The position numbers and the translations under genes are program-made. Below the pieces are notes generated by a model. That model was not told where the DNA came from and searched no databases. It saw only the letters and a list, made by a program, of their open reading frames with translations. Positions 15,270 to 36,558 of a DNA stretch of 64,000 nucleotides are shown here, in pieces (the stretch's first letter is position 1; the number at the start of each line of letters is the position of its first letter). The stretch is from the human T2T-CHM13v2.0 reference genome, Homo sapiens, in NCBI RefSeq assembly GCF_009914755.1, contig NC_060946.1; one strand, written 5' to 3'.

Positions 15270-15860
15270 CATGCTCTGTTCTCTGTAGCCAGTGACCTTT
15301 TGAAATGTAAATCTGATATTCCTCCCCTTCAGATCCATCAGTGGATTCCTATGCTCTCAGGTAAAAGAAGAAAATTCTTGCAGGGACGTGAGTGGTCTGG
15401 CTCATTTACAAGCCTGGTCTCATCTCACACTTCGCTTCCCTTCATCTTTGTGATGCAGCCACACAGGTCTTATTTTAGCTCCTCAACAGCCACATTGCTT
15501 TCTGCTGCGTAGCCTTGGCCCATGCCGTTCCCCCTAGTTAGATGCCCCGTCTGCTTCTTACCTAGTCAGCTTTTTCTTTCTTGGGCCTCAGTTTAATTGT
15601 AACTTCCTGGGGAACACCCTTTTGGCCTCCCTGGCAAGGTCTGTTCCCCGACCGCATGCACTCCCAGCCCCTCATTTCCCTTATGGCACCCACAGTCTCC
15701 GTGAGCATTTGTATGTGCTACTCTCTACAGCAGGCCTCTTTCCCCACCTGCACTATTTAGTTTCATGAGTGCAGGAACTAAGTCAGTGTTTTTTTTCTTG
15801 CTGCTGTGCCCCAGAGCTTGGCACATTATATATGCTCGATAAATATTTGTTGAACTAAAA
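15270..15860 (-). mobile_element. L2 3' remnant
   Basis: Ends in the L2 terminal gctcgataaatatttgttgaa motif. Confidence 0.6.
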
Positions 15861-15898
15861 GTAGGAAGAGACCATTTGGTGAATCAGTTTTTACCATA

Positions 15899-16019
15899 AG
15901 CGTGAATCCCATGAACCCAGGACGCAGAGGTTGTAGTGAGTCTAGATGGCGTCACTGCACTCCAGCCTGGGTGACAGAGTGAAACTCTGTCTCAAAAATA
16001 AAAAAACAGAAACAAAAAC
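15899..16019 (+). mobile_element. 5'-truncated Alu right arm
   Basis: gaacccagga...cactgcactccagcctgggtgacagagtgaaactctgtctcaaaa. Confidence 0.8.
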
Positions 16020-17074
16020 GCAACACCTCTATATTAAGTGGTTCTTTCTAATTTTTTAGAAAGTCTCTCTTGCTGTGCATTTAACTACTTCAGTAAAAAT
16101 ACTGACAAGGAGCCAAACCAGGAGAAAAAATCTACTTATTAAACTGGAAATAATGTATGTTAGGTTGCTGCCTTCTCTAGTATTCATCGGGAAAGATAAT
16201 ATTGAAAACGTACATACTCAGTTGAAACCTAATTCTCATAGTGGTTTCTGTATTACCACCCCTCCTTAAAAGACAAACATGAATTATCCTACTTCGTTTC
16301 CTTGAGTTGCCATCAGTCCCAAATTGGAGGTTTTGATACCACGAACCCACAACGCACAGGTATTTGCCCTCCTAAAACTTCCTATATTCCAGTACAGCCC
16401 CTTCTGTCTGACCGATGCAGCTGTACCTTTGTCTTCCTTTCCTCTAAGTCGTCTGCTCTGGCTAGGTGTACCGTATATCCTTCCAGGAGCCCATTTCCAT
16501 ACTCTGAAAATTCCTCCTAACCTTGGAAGCATTTCCCTCATTGTTCCTTGTCTTCATTACTGCATCATTAGCATCAACCTTTTTTGTAGTGAATAAAAAA
16601 GTAGAGACTACTTCTTAACACATGTCCTACGTAGCAGTTCCCAAATTATTGTTTTGTTGAAGTTGGATTTTTACTAATTCTCTAAAAGCACCATAAAATG
16701 TAGTGCTGAAAGGAACCTGACATTGTGTAGCCCAGTTTCTTTTCCCATAAGTATGACCCCAAGCAAGTGAGTGGCCTGCCCAGGTCTCGTGGGGTGTCAG
16801 AGGCAGAACTTGGGCTCCTGGCACCCTGCTCATTATTTTGGTCACAGTGAGGACCATAAACCTACTACTACGTGTAAGGCAGTGTTGGGAAGGGACAAAC
16901 AATGTGACTGTGTACATTAATTTCTTTTTAAACTAGTCTTCTAGAATTTACACATCCAAATCCATGTTGCTTTTAAAAAGTAGACTATGCAGATGCTGAA
17001 AAAGATGCCTCAGCACTGGTTTAGTCTGTCTGAAAATAGTTTCAAAACAGTTTGAACCAAGAAAATATTACTGA

Positions 17075-17374
17075 GGCCTGGTGCGGTGGCTCACACCTGT
17101 AATCCCAGCACTTTGGGAGGCCGAGGTGGGTGGATCACCTGAGGTCAGGAGTTCAAGACCAGCCTGACCAACATGGCAAAACCCTGTCTCTACTAAAAAT
17201 ACAAAAATTAGCCGGGCCTGGTTTCGTGTGCCTGTGGTCCCAGCTACTCAGGAGGCTGAGGCAGGAGAATCACTTGAACCTGGAGCAGAGGTTGCAGTGA
17301 GCCGAGGTCACGCTACTGCACCCCAACCTGGGCGACAGAGTAAGACTCCATCTCAAAAAAAAAAAAAAAAAAAA
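17075..17374 (+). mobile_element. AluS
   Basis: Full dimer; TSD attactga. Confidence 0.9.
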
Positions 17375-17618
17375 TTACTGAAATAAGCACAGAACCCTCC
17401 AAGGTAACTGCTTTAAAGAGGACAAAACCTATTTGTCTCAGTGAATTCTACTGTGATTGTTACAATGGCTGACATTTCTTTATACTGTCCTTTACAGACT
17501 ATGGCTACTAATATCAAAGTGCTTGTAATATTCTTAGAGATGATGACCCAATTTGATAATATTAGGAATGATTTTTAAAATTTTTTTATATAATAACTCA
17601 TTGATTACCAAGTGATAG

Positions 17619-18012
<394 letters not shown>

Positions 18013-18787
18013 GAGGCAAAAGACTCAAGTTAGCTGCTGGTAAAGACTGACAGACATTCTTTTTATTTCTTTGTTTAACAAGCATTTATTTAAGTGCCTT
18101 TCTTGGACCAAGCATGGGCGGCACAAGATGACCAAAGAAAGGCAGAAGGTGACAGATTACAGTTGGATTCTGGTAACAGCGAGTACAAGTCTCTTCAGGG
18201 AGACATAGAGGAGATGGGGATAAAAGTTGAGGCCACGTGAATGTCGAGCTTTTAAGAGCCAGCCAAGAATGTTGGCTTGATCCTGATGGGAAGGATGGAG
18301 TCATTGGCAACAGTGGGACACTTTTGAGGAAAAGCAGGCATAAATTAGAACTTCCTGGGCATTCTGAGAAGCAGGTTCACTTGCCTCTTGAGTTTTCAGG
18401 CTGAGCTAGGCAGATGACATCATACACACAAGCACAAAAGTATTAAGTTGCTGTCAAAGGCTGTTACCTAATGAAAAGTCAAATGGACTTTGTTACAGTC
18501 ACCCATTGTATAGGATTTGTTTACCTACCAGTTCCTCTCCCTGGGAGACCGGGCTGAGCCCCTTGAAGACAGGCTATGTCTGGTTCACCTCTGTATCTAT
18601 ACCCAGGACCAATAGCACTTAGTACATGGGCAGTAAATACTTGCTTTAAAGAACGATTAAGTGCTCCATGCTTTCAGGACTACACTGTGGAAAAGGAGAG
18701 CTTGGAGTAGGAAGGTATATGAAGGAGCAAGAAAGTCATTTATGGAGGTGGGAATGACCTAAGCAAAGGTCTAGGCTTGGGAATGAA

Positions 18788-18833
18788 GACAGGAGGCCAG
18801 CAGGAGGGTGGACAGGAGGCCAGCAGGAGGGTG
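18788..18833. repeat. Perfect 23-bp tandem duplication (GACAGGAGGCCAGCAGGAGGGTG x2)
   Basis: Read directly. Confidence 0.9.
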
Positions 18834-20794
18834 GAAGTTCTTTGATTGCAGCCCAAGGAAAGGATGAGTTCTGGAAAGGATAGCAGGGGCCCTCCCTCCC
18901 GGTCTGTATGGTTCAGGCATTCACCGTGCCCCTCACGCCACATCTGTTCCATCTTCCCTGCTGCCTTTGGCTGAGGAAATTGGTGTCCGTGGTGGCCACC
19001 CAGACCTCCTTCCTGCGCTTCACACTCAAACAAGGCTGTTCCCCATGTCTTGGGTCTGTCTTTCCTCTACCTGGATCGTTCTTCCCCATGGCCTGGTCTC
19101 AGCATTGAGTTCTCAAATGTCCCCCCTTCCCTCACCTTATCCGAAGGACCCATTCCCCGTCCTCTCTACATTCTGTCCTATTACCCTGTCTGGTTTATTT
19201 TCTTCCTAGTATTGATTACTACTGGAATCCTCATATTCATCAGTCTGCTGGTTTAATGCCTGTTCCCTTTACTGGAATGTAAGCATGATTTTGGTCTTTT
19301 TCTCCTCTGTCCTGAGTACCCAGAACAAAGCGTGGCCTATGGAGGACACTAAATGAACGCATGGGGGAAAAACGGGTTTTATTGCAGAGGGAGACCCTTT
19401 GTTTCATACAGATCGTTTGTAAACTTAGATATTTTATTAGCAACAAATTATGATAGAGCTTACAAACTCCTTGAGAATCGCTGCGGTAGTAGATGGGGGT
19501 GGAGCTTCTCTAGGCAGCATTTCAGTGTGTCCTAGCTTGGATGCTGTGGCTTCCCGAGCTCTGAATCTATACTGCTTACTCTGGGCTTATGGAGTGTGTA
19601 GCAGGGAATCCTTGTTGAAGGATCCCCAAACCCTTGATAGCCATGGACAGCCCACAGTGGTCATGGAGCCGGAGCCAGAATGTAATTCCCAGTGTGACCA
19701 GGAGCTAGAGTTTAAGTCAAGGCAGCAGGTATACTCAGGTGCATTTTCCATTCCCTTTGAGGGAGGGGTGGAGGTTTGAGCCCCCTCCACATCCCACCCC
19801 ATTGGGGTGCCTTTGTCACTCTTGACAGCTTTAGAGTGACTTAGATGGGAGATTGGTGGGGAGGAGGGGGGGAGGGGCACTGTTTGAATCTACCCTGCTG
19901 GAGGCACTGAATAGTTTTATAAGTATGTGTACACTCTATTGTTCAAGTGTTTGCTTAAATCACTGTATCTTCTTAGAAATTTTTGTAACCTTTTGGTTAG
20001 CACTGTTACAGTTTAGTTTTGATGCTCGGTGTTTCATTTCCCATCTCCTTTCACCTTTGTTTTTTAAAAAAGCAAAAGATGCACGTAGAACAGTGGAAAG
20101 CTTAACTATAGAAACCCCGAGTTGGCCAGGAGAATTGGCAGGCGCTTGCTTTCTTCACTTTCCCTTCCCTTTTAAAGCCTTTGTTTTAGGAAAAAGGAAA
20201 TTGGTGTGTTTGGAGAGCAGTTGTTAGCTTTTCAAGACTGGACTCGTTGGTCTAATTTGGTAAGGGCCCAGAACACGTCCCATGAAGTAAGGGAAAAATG
20301 TGAAGCTGAAGCCGGCATGTGGGGGAGAGCTAACAACTGGACATTTTCACCCAAAGCCCCGCCTCACATGCCTTTAGCCAGAAGGCTTGGCTATTTATTT
20401 CTGGGAAGCTTTAGGTTTCCTACTGATGATGGCATCCCCCCTGGTGTCTGGGATGTTCCCTGCCCCTCCCTCCCAACTCTATCGATACCTGTAGCATTCC
20501 TTCTTGGGTCTGGGCACTGAGTCCAGGCCATGTGTGGAAGATTCCAGTTCTTTCACCATTCCATGTGACACAGCATGGCGGGTAGTTTCTTTTTTGTCAG
20601 GACAACTGTTTCCTTCTTTGAGGTGTATGAATGGTTTGTAGTACGTACCTGGGTTCCTAAGATAGATCTCGACTGTCTAGCCTGAGTGTCTAGCTATTTC
20701 AGGAACAATGTTGCTACACCAGTTGAGTGCTCAGGAACTAGATAAATGCAGATACGTTTAGTTGTTAATTTTCTCTCTCAGATAATTCATCTAG

Positions 20795-21256
<462 letters not shown>

Positions 21257-22111
21257 TGAGATGGTCACTTGGTGAGCAAGGAGTCCATATGTGGGGGGCT
21301 TGAATGGAAGGATCTTAATGCTTCCTGTCCTGAAGTGATGTTGTCCTGGCCCACCCATCTCATTTTTTACTTTAAAATGTACCAGAAGGTAGGATGACTT
21401 ACATCTAACTCACTTTAAGCCCCGGGAAAAGTGGAGACCAACTAAGTCTTGCTGTCTGGAGACCTCTCTGACCCATCTCTGTTGGGCAGTATTTTGTCTT
21501 CACGCCGTCTCGTAGTCCCTTCCTAAAAGTAAAAATAGGGAGTCCCTGGAACCTCTTACTTACCCATTTGCGGTCTATTGCTGAGGAGGGTTTAATTGAT
21601 GGCCACTCTAGGCAACCCACATCTACATGTTTGGGGAATCTTAAGTCGCCTCTGCGTACCGCTCTACAGAATGCTGAGGTGTCAGGAATAAAAGGGGCTT
21701 AAAGGGGATGCATAGATGAAAGGGAAGTTTTGTGGCTATTTGAAGGCCTTACTAGGACCAGAAGAAAGGAGGAATGCAGTCCAGGCAGGGAAGTGCGTGA
21801 GCCAGAGGGCCAAGGAGGAATGGGGCTTGTGTGAGGAAATGGGGAGTTCTCAAGGAGGAATCCTAGGGTCCCTGTGGCAAAGCCTAAGGTGGCCTTTCTT
21901 CTGAACTCAGGACAGCATTCCAGTCTTGACCACTCGTTTGACTTCCAGATCCGTATCTTGTTCAAATACAGTGGATTATCTTCTTTTTACTTAAAGTTTT
22001 TATTTAAATTCGAGATAATTATATATTCAAATGCAGTTGTAAGAAATAATCTCTTTTATCCTTTTATGCAGTTTCCCCCATTGGTAACATCTTGCTGTAT
22101 TCTCTCTCTCT

Positions 22112-22453
<342 letters not shown>

Positions 22454-22540
22454 TAAAAATTGAATGCCTCTAGTTTAAAAAGGTATATAGTTGTGTTACA
22501 GCCAATAGCATTTCCTTCTCTGACTCAGTAGTAATACTAG

Positions 22541-22832
<292 letters not shown>

Positions 22833-22859
22833 AGTTTTTTGTTTTGTTTCAAGGAATCT

Positions 22860-24200
22860 CTGTTCACATATAAAAAATTGCGTAAAAGCCCCCCTTTTCT
22901 TACGTACATGATATCATCAAGTACACATTTTTTGCATCTTGCTTTTAAAACTTAACACCTTATCTTGAAGACTTATCTTCCTTAGTACAAAAAGAACTGC
23001 TTGTTATAATTGCATAGTATTCTCTTGTGTGGATAAGGTATAATAACGTATTTAACCAGTCCCCTAATTGATGGACTGTTTCTGATCTTTTGCCGTTACA
23101 AACATATTTTGCAGTGAATATCCTTTGCATATATAATTTGCCACATGTGTAATTCTTTTCCTGTGATACATACTTAAAAATAGGATAGCTGGGTCAAAGA
23201 CTGTACACTTTCATTTTGATAGGTAGCTGCCAAATTGTCCCGTACAGAGATTGCACCCGTTTATATTCTCATCAGCAATGGTATATGTGAATGCCTTTTT
23301 CTGTGTTACCTTGGACACAAGGTAACTGTGTGTTACCACCAAATTTTGTCTTTGCCAGTTTGGTCAGTGAAAAGCGGTATCTTGGTGTACTTTGGTGTTG
23401 TTTTGTTTTGTTTTTTTTGAGACCGAGTCTTACTCTGTTGCCCAGGCTGGAGTGCAGTGGTGTGAACTCAGCTTACTGCAGCCTCCACCTCCCAGGTTCA
23501 AGTGATTCTCGTGCCTCAGCCTCTCGTAGCTGGGACTACAGGCATGAGCCACCATGCCCGGCTAATTTTTGTATTTTTAATAGAGACGGGGTTTCAACAT
23601 GTTGGCCAGGCTGGTCTCGAACTCCTGACCTCAGGTAATGTGCCTGTCTCAGCCTCCCAAAGTGTTGGGATTATAGGCGTGAACCACCATGCCTAGCCTG
23701 TCTTCGTATACTTTGAATACTCTATTCCCTTATAGAGAATGCAGTTGATCTATATCTTAGGAGGCTATCTTTCCTTTTCTGTGAACTGTCTGTTCATTTC
23801 CTTCACCCATTTTTCTTTTGTATTGTTGGTCTTTTCCTTGTTGATTTGTAGGAGTTCTTTATGTATTATGAAACCTAGCTCTTTGAGATATAAATGCTGA
23901 TTTTTTTCCCCCAGCAACAATGACCTTGGTGGATTCTATCATAATACTTGTTTTGAAGCATTTCTGTAGTCAGATGTAGCTGTCATTTGTTTATGGCTTC
24001 TGAGTTTGTATCATAGTTAGAAAGTCTTTGTTCGTTCTGCATTATGAAAAGAAAAATCAGCCACAGGTTTTTCAAATGCTTTAATGGTTGCCTTCCCAGC
24101 TTTCTTCTTTCTCTCCTTTCCCTTCCTTCCTCTCTTCCTCCCGTTTAAATACTTTATCCATCTGGAGTTTATTTTCACGCAAGGTATGAGGTATGGGTCT
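22860..24200 (-). mobile_element. Old L1 (L1ME-like) fragment interrupted by an Alu
   Basis: tttaaccagtccccta, gctgggtcaaag, tttgtaggagttctttat. Confidence 0.65.
23398..23698 (-). mobile_element. AluS, antisense
   Basis: Alu consensus. Confidence 0.9.
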
Positions 24201-24840
24201 GATCTTATGAAGTCGTGTGTGGTTCTTGAGTGCCTTCTCCGGGCGCCGTGTGCCTCATCCCTCTGTTACTCATCACCTTCTTTGCTGATGCAGAGTAGGT
24301 GCTTGATGTGGAGGAGGAGGTGGACCCTGCTGCCAGAAGCAGTAGCAGCTCATGTGCTTTGTATTGTTAGGTGCTTTCCATCCATTATTTCTAATCAACA
24401 CAGCCTCTCTTCAAGATAAGTAGTATATAGCTCCCATTTTACAGATGACAAACTTAGATGCCAGATAATTTGCCCAAGCTCCTACCATTGTAGTGTCCAA
24501 GATACATAAAATTTGATTTTAAAGTGTCAGACTCCAAAGGCTGTGCTTTTTCTCTTGGCCTGGCTGCAGTGTAGCAGGGGAGCACCTTGGAAGAGGCATG
24601 TGCTTATTGCAGTTGACCATGCTTGAGTACAGGATTTTGAGAGATGGAGGCAAAAGAACTTTGAAGAAGGTGTTGGAGGGGTCCGGAGACACAAAGAAAT
24701 ACAAAAATACTGTATGCACTCACTAATACAGTCCCTAGATCAATGATGTGTAGAAAGCATAATGCTCAACTGAAAGGAGAAAAAAATCCTTCTCATAGCT
24801 TAAGAGAACCTGAAGTGTCCTCTCAGAAAAACATATTTGA

Positions 24841-25193
<353 letters not shown>

Positions 25194-26302
25194 TCAGATT
25201 GTCTATTAAAGATTACAGGGGTAGATCATTCACAGAACATTTCCCCTGGGTTACCTAAGTAGAAATTAGGTGTTGAACTGTGTGTATAGAGACTTGGATG
25301 TCATTTTAAATGGAACTGGGCATCCTGTAACTGATCCTGAAGAGTTAAACACAGGTAAATGTTGGCTTAGTTGTTATCAAAATGCTGTATGTAAATCACT
25401 TTTTAGATTTGAAGTCATTTTCTCACTGGTGTATAATTTTAGTTGAAGAATTGGGTCATGTAAGTTCACAAGTCAGCTTTACTCTATAGTTTTTGATTAC
25501 TATTAAACATGCTTATCTTTCAGAAATATACATTTTCGTCAAGGTAATTCAATTATTCAGCTTGCTAAATTTAAATGACAACTGCTGGCACACAAGAACA
25601 CGACTTTCCATTTTTACTATTCTGAAAATAGAGCACAAATTAAGAGCATTGAGAAGTAGGGTACGACTGTCACCTGTGGAGTCTTGAATTCAGAGTTGAT
25701 TTTCTTGTCTGCCGATTTTTTTCAATACCAAGATAAGTGTCACAAATAGCACCCTTTCTCAGAGGATTTCCAGGATTCGAATAACAGACACAAACTTAAT
25801 AAAATGACAGTAGTGCAGCATAATCAGGAAGCCCACCTGCCGTCAGATCACTTGTTTGCAGTAGATACCGTGTGATCTCAGGAGCAGAGTCCACATCTCT
25901 TCCATTTATTTTCTAACATAAAATTCTTGGTTTTTTCTTAAAGCGTAGATCTGGAAAGGTGTGCAAAAATCACCTTCCTTGATGGACTGCATTACAAGTC
26001 TCCTCCAATCTTGTTAACTGGATATGCATCCTCCTAGAGTTGAGAACACATGGTCAGAGGAAAATCAAATGTATCATTGTTTGAATTCACTTATTTTTTG
26101 ATTCCTTGCCTGTGATTAATGCTTTTTAAAGATCTTCATGCACACTATTTAGCTCCATTTCTTCTGTGTGCATATGCAGCCCTGACAGAGACTTGGTCAT
26201 TGGTCAGTGAGAGAGGAGGGCCCAGAGCCTGAGGGGAGGGGCTCTTAGTTGAGTGCTCACCTTCCTGGTGTTGAGAGGCAGGAGGCCTCCTAGAACCACT
26301 AG

Positions 26303-27041
<739 letters not shown>

Positions 27042-27483
27042 TAAAATTACCTTTTAATGGAATTTCAATTTACTGTGATTTTGATGTTGAACTGCTAGCA
27101 ATCTGATTTCAAAGGTCAGTTATTATTTATTCTTTCAATAGAAAAGAAAAACTGTGTCGAACCATATGTGGAGGAAAGCAGATAAAAAAAATGCAACATG
27201 AAAAGGAAAACACCTGAATGTTTAGAAGAGCTGTCCCACCAGTTACTGTTATAAGTTCTCAGTTTTTCTCCTGAATAATATGTGCCTCAGAGCTGTGGAT
27301 TCTGGTTGATAAACTTATTTTCTCTCCTGTTTAGGAGCCATATTTCATCACTTTTCTGTAGAGAATAGTTCTTTCCAAGGCCATAGCTAAGACCGCTATT
27401 CCTCATCTTCTTTTTAGTTTCTTCGCTGTCAAGTGCTGACGGTAGAGTGCTGCTCTGGCTTTTGTGGGTTGGTCTGGCCCTTA

Positions 27484-28213
<730 letters not shown>

Positions 28214-28382
28214 CCAGGAGGCTGTTTCTTAGCCTGTTTGGATATTTGTAAAACCACTCCTAATTTCAGGCTGTTGTTAGAAGCATGGCATATTAATTGT
28301 AATGTATAGGAAAGTACTTTCAGGAGTAAAATGTGAGGTGTGAGGTGATGTTAAAGATTTATTCACTAAATCTTACATTAAG

Positions 28383-28418
28383 ACCTAAGGTGTCCTTTGA
28401 ACCTAAGGTGTCCTTTGA
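28383..28418. repeat. Perfect 18-bp tandem duplication (ACCTAAGGTGTCCTTTGA x2)
   Basis: Read directly. Confidence 0.9.
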
Positions 28419-28849
28419 AGTCAAGCAAAACCGTAAGAATGGTTAAAAAATTAACAGCTTTGGTTCAATTGCCTTATAAACACATAATATAGGTATTACT
28501 GATCGAAGGAAAGTTCAGTGAAGATGCTGGTAGTTTACAGCACTCCGGAGAATTAAAACAATGAGATGTAAAGGTAACAGCTCTAAAAATTCAGACATTT
28601 GCCTTATTAAGCTCTTTTCTACAAGAGACTTCATTACATTGAAAAATGAAACCTGGCACCCATCCTAGGAGAATTATCTGTGCAGAAGTTCTGATTTACA
28701 GATTTGTGATCTTAGGGAACAGTGTGCACACCCAGGGTGAAATTTCAACTGATAAAGGGATCTCACTTACGGGGCTGTGTCATTCAGGGTTCTGCCAGGG
28801 AAATGGGCCATTCCAGGTATCCCTGTAGGAAAGGCTTTTTTTTTTTTCT

Positions 28850-31050
<2,201 letters not shown>

Positions 31051-31499
31051 ATTTTCCAAATAGGAAAGATTTTAATATAGGGAATCGAAGGTTCACACAA
31101 CCGCTGGAAAGTCTAATGAAAGAAGTTCAGGAAGGCTCCTATTATTGTTGATGAAATTAGAGTGCATATTCCTAGAGGAGCAGTCATGTCAGCTGCATGC
31201 AGCTATGGCTTTAGATGATCTGGAAGCTGCTGCAGAATAGGAAAGTCCTGCCTGTTGTTGCCTATGTGTCTTTTTGCAACTGTTTCTAGAGAATATTGAC
31301 TTCTTTTCTGCTTTCCAGATCTAAGAAGGGTACCTCTCCTTGGTGGCAGCTAACCTGGAACCCTACAGGGAATGGGATTCTGGAAAATATAGTTCCAGGC
31401 CATTTCCTGAAGTGCAGGGAAGATCAGGAGAGGTGGTGATGGCAGTTTGACAGTCTGGCACTGACGGTATTAATAGAGATACATAATTACTCAGTCATG

Positions 31500-31860
31500 G
31501 AAAAGTGACTTAGCAGTATTGTGAAAAAACAGGAGTGTTAGGTGGCTGTAACTCAGTAAGATGTGATTTCCAAGAAAGCAAATGACCTCTTTAACAGTAT
31601 TAGCAGCGGCATATCATACGGGACAAGTAAGTGGCAGGCCCACCCTATTTGGTTGCCTTGCCCGGTAATTGGATGAGGGTAGACAAACTGGAACATGTTT
31701 AAGGGATAATGATCCCAGTGGTAAGGGGATAGAAAACCAGGTCGTGAGTGGAATGTGTGAAGGAACTAAAAGTGTTTCAGGGATGCATCATGGATAACTG
31801 CACATATTTGGAGAATTTATTCCATGTGTTCTGAAAAGGAAGTTTTAGGACCAGGGAGTC
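31500..31860 (+). mobile_element. L3/CR1 remnant
   Basis: aagaaagcaaatg...gacaaactggaacatg...tgaaggaact resembles the CR1 3' end. Confidence 0.5.
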
Positions 31861-32120
31861 GAAGCTATCAGGAGACATTTCTCAAGGCACTATGAAGAAC
31901 TTCCTTCCCAGCTGCACTAAGTTTGAGTAGGAAGCCACATCTCTCCTTGTTCGAGTTTGCTGAGCTGCCCAGCTCTAGAGTATGTAAAGCATGAGACAAA
32001 TGTTCTTCAGGCACCATTCTAACCCTGAAATTTTTTGCGGGGAAAAAGCTTTCAAATTGTTGGTTATAGCTTTTGCCACATAGAATTTTGGAAAGTAAAA
32101 ACAAGTTTTTAAAAATAGCT

Positions 32121-33034
<914 letters not shown>

Positions 33035-33151
33035 TTATTTGGTTTGAGTAATTCCAGACAAGCCAATTCCTTGCATATGCCTTAAAATACGTAAACTGGG
33101 AAATTCATGAAAAGCTTGGAGTCAGAGGGCTATGTCGGCAAAAGTCTATTG

Positions 33152-33810
<659 letters not shown>

Positions 33811-35354
33811 AACAACCAAGTGCATACTCGTGTGCTGCTCAAAGATCTAGGGACCAGCAGCTTATTAGAAATGGAAAATTGTAGGCCCTGTCCCACAGCA
33901 TTCTAAATAAGAATCTGCGTTTAACAAGATACCCATTAAAGTTTGAGAAGCATTGCTTTACACAGCCTCAGAAAGGAAGGTAACACAATGTAGAAGGAAC
34001 TGTGTTACATTTTGTTACCAACATATAAAAGTGTTACCTATCACATGTCACATAATAAAATTGAAGGCAGGAGAAATTTCTTTATCCCTTAAAATTAATT
34101 AAAAATGCATTTACCTTAATCTTTCTAGTTTTAATGTTGTTTTCTTCTTATAAGCCACTTAGAATGATTTTTATGCCCTAGTGCTATTTGGCCTTGTCTG
34201 CTAATTTAATATGTGCAAATTACATTAGCATCCCATTAAATTCCCTCAGATCCAGCAAATGAAAAAAATGTTAAGAACAAATCCAATATACATATTTGGA
34301 GTACCCTACTATGTAATTTCCTCTGCCTGAATGGATATGTTCCAACATGCTTTTTGTGTGTGTGCATTTTTAATTAAAAACATTTTAAGTGGATACTTTG
34401 AGCACTTGGCTTAACTCTCTTCATTGTACTCCTTTGTTAATTTTTCTTACCCCAAATTTGCGTGTGGTGTCATTAATCCTTAATTAGTTATAATTGGCAA
34501 TGGTTTTGTGGCTAGTTATTTTCTTACTGTTTTATAAGTTGCCAAGATTACCTTTTATTTTCTAAGGAAATAATGTTCATACAAGTCACATGTCTTAGGT
34601 GCATTTTGAAAACCCCTATTTAAATCTGTATTGGGCAGAGTCCTTAGTATGTAGATAGTAGAATTCATTCTCACTGGTGTGTGGGTTTATTAAATGGTAC
34701 TTGAGAGGCTGAGGGTCAGGTGACGCCCAGCACCACACCATGGAACTGGGGGTCCCGTGGGAGCTTTTTTCTTTTCCTGCACATTCAGGAAATTGCTGTT
34801 ACAGGGGTAGGCTCCAGGACCACGTCATCCCTACAACGCTCTCTGAGAAGATGGGTGCCCTGTGTGTCCTCTGGTAAAGTCACACATGCACCTTATTGGC
34901 ATAGCATAAATCACATCCCCATCTCTAATTGTGAAGGAGTCTTGGAAATAGGCCAGAGGGGCTTGGAATTGGTGTTGACTGAGCTGATGAAGATACTACC
35001 ACGAAGTGAGATAATAGCTCAGTGACTAGTACACCACTAAAATTCCTGGGAAAAGAATTGTATTGTGAATTATGTGTCAGAGGAGCATTTTAAATACCCT
35101 TGTGGCTATCTGTCTATTCCTGCTATACTTAAGGAATACTTGATCGATTAAACTAACAATTTGAGCATGTTAAGATGAAGTGTAGATTCTAGAGTATTTT
35201 TGGAAATCTATTTCTGTAATGTGGGGACTAAATGATTTCTCAAATTCCTTTTGACTCTTAACGTGACTTTCATAAAGAAAATGATTTAAAGTAGGAGTCC
35301 TTGACAAAATTTCAAACAGGAGACCAAAAGATGAGTCAATGTTTGAAGCTCTCT

Positions 35355-35830
35355 TTTTTTAATTGAAATTTTTGAGATAATTGTAGGTTCACATGCCAGA
35401 AGCAAGGCAGAGAGATTCTGTATGCCATTCCACCAATGGTAACTTCTTGCAGAACTATAGTACAATGTCGCAACCCAGATTTTGATACGATCTGCCAAAT
35501 TTTGATTTCCCCAGTTTTACTTGTATTTAATTGCCTATGTGTTTAGTTCTATACAATTTTATCACATGTGGGTTCATGTATCCACCACCATCAAATACAG
35601 GACAGTTCTGTCACCACAAGGGTCACTAGTGTCACCATTTTTTATAACCACTCCTGCCTCACCCTACCCCCCTTTGTATCCTCTGGCGCCCAACCACCTG
35701 TCATCTCAGAAATATTATCTAAATGGAATCTACAGTATGACACTTTTGGGAGTGGCTTTTCTCATTCAGCATAATTCCATGGAGATTCATCCAAGTTGGT
35801 GTATTATTAATGGTTTGTTCCTTTTTATTG
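35355..35830 (-). mobile_element. L1M 3'-end fragment
   Basis: gagataattgtaggttcacatg...ccaatggtaac...aatggaatctacagtatg. Confidence 0.75.
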
Positions 35831-36247
35831 TGGAGTTCTTTTTAATCTTTTACAGTATTAGTTTACTTCTGGCATAGTTCCCGTGTTGGGTGGCTGTCTT
35901 CCTGTTCCGGTCTGTCTGCCTTGATTTTGTGGAGTTGGAACTAGGACCGAAGGTGCTGCCACACTTACTGATCACAGGGTGTCAGGGATAGGTTTTGATG
36001 CTGTTACAGCCAGTCATCCAGACCTTAATGGAAGGGAAGATGCTTCTGGGAATGTGGAGCCATTTCCTGTCAAGATGAACCCTGGCTGTTCTTCTGAATT
36101 AAGGTTCTTATCATCCTTTCATTCCCATCAGCCTACAGGTGGAGATTAATATGTTCAAGTGTGAAATTGTCAGCCCTGCCTCTCCTGCATGTTTGAGGCA
36201 CGATGGGCTCAGAGACATGCATACAGCAACCATTGGTCATGACTCTA

Positions 36248-36558
<311 letters not shown>

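Noticed and set aside
16284-16596. Unique-looking stretch with three overlapping ORFs (possible processed pseudogene)
   Set aside because: No recognisable protein, poly-A or TSD; cannot be supported without a search
34080-34620. AT-rich stretch with many TAAT/ATTA motifs (possible enhancer)
   Set aside because: Motif density is expected from base composition; needs conservation or chromatin data
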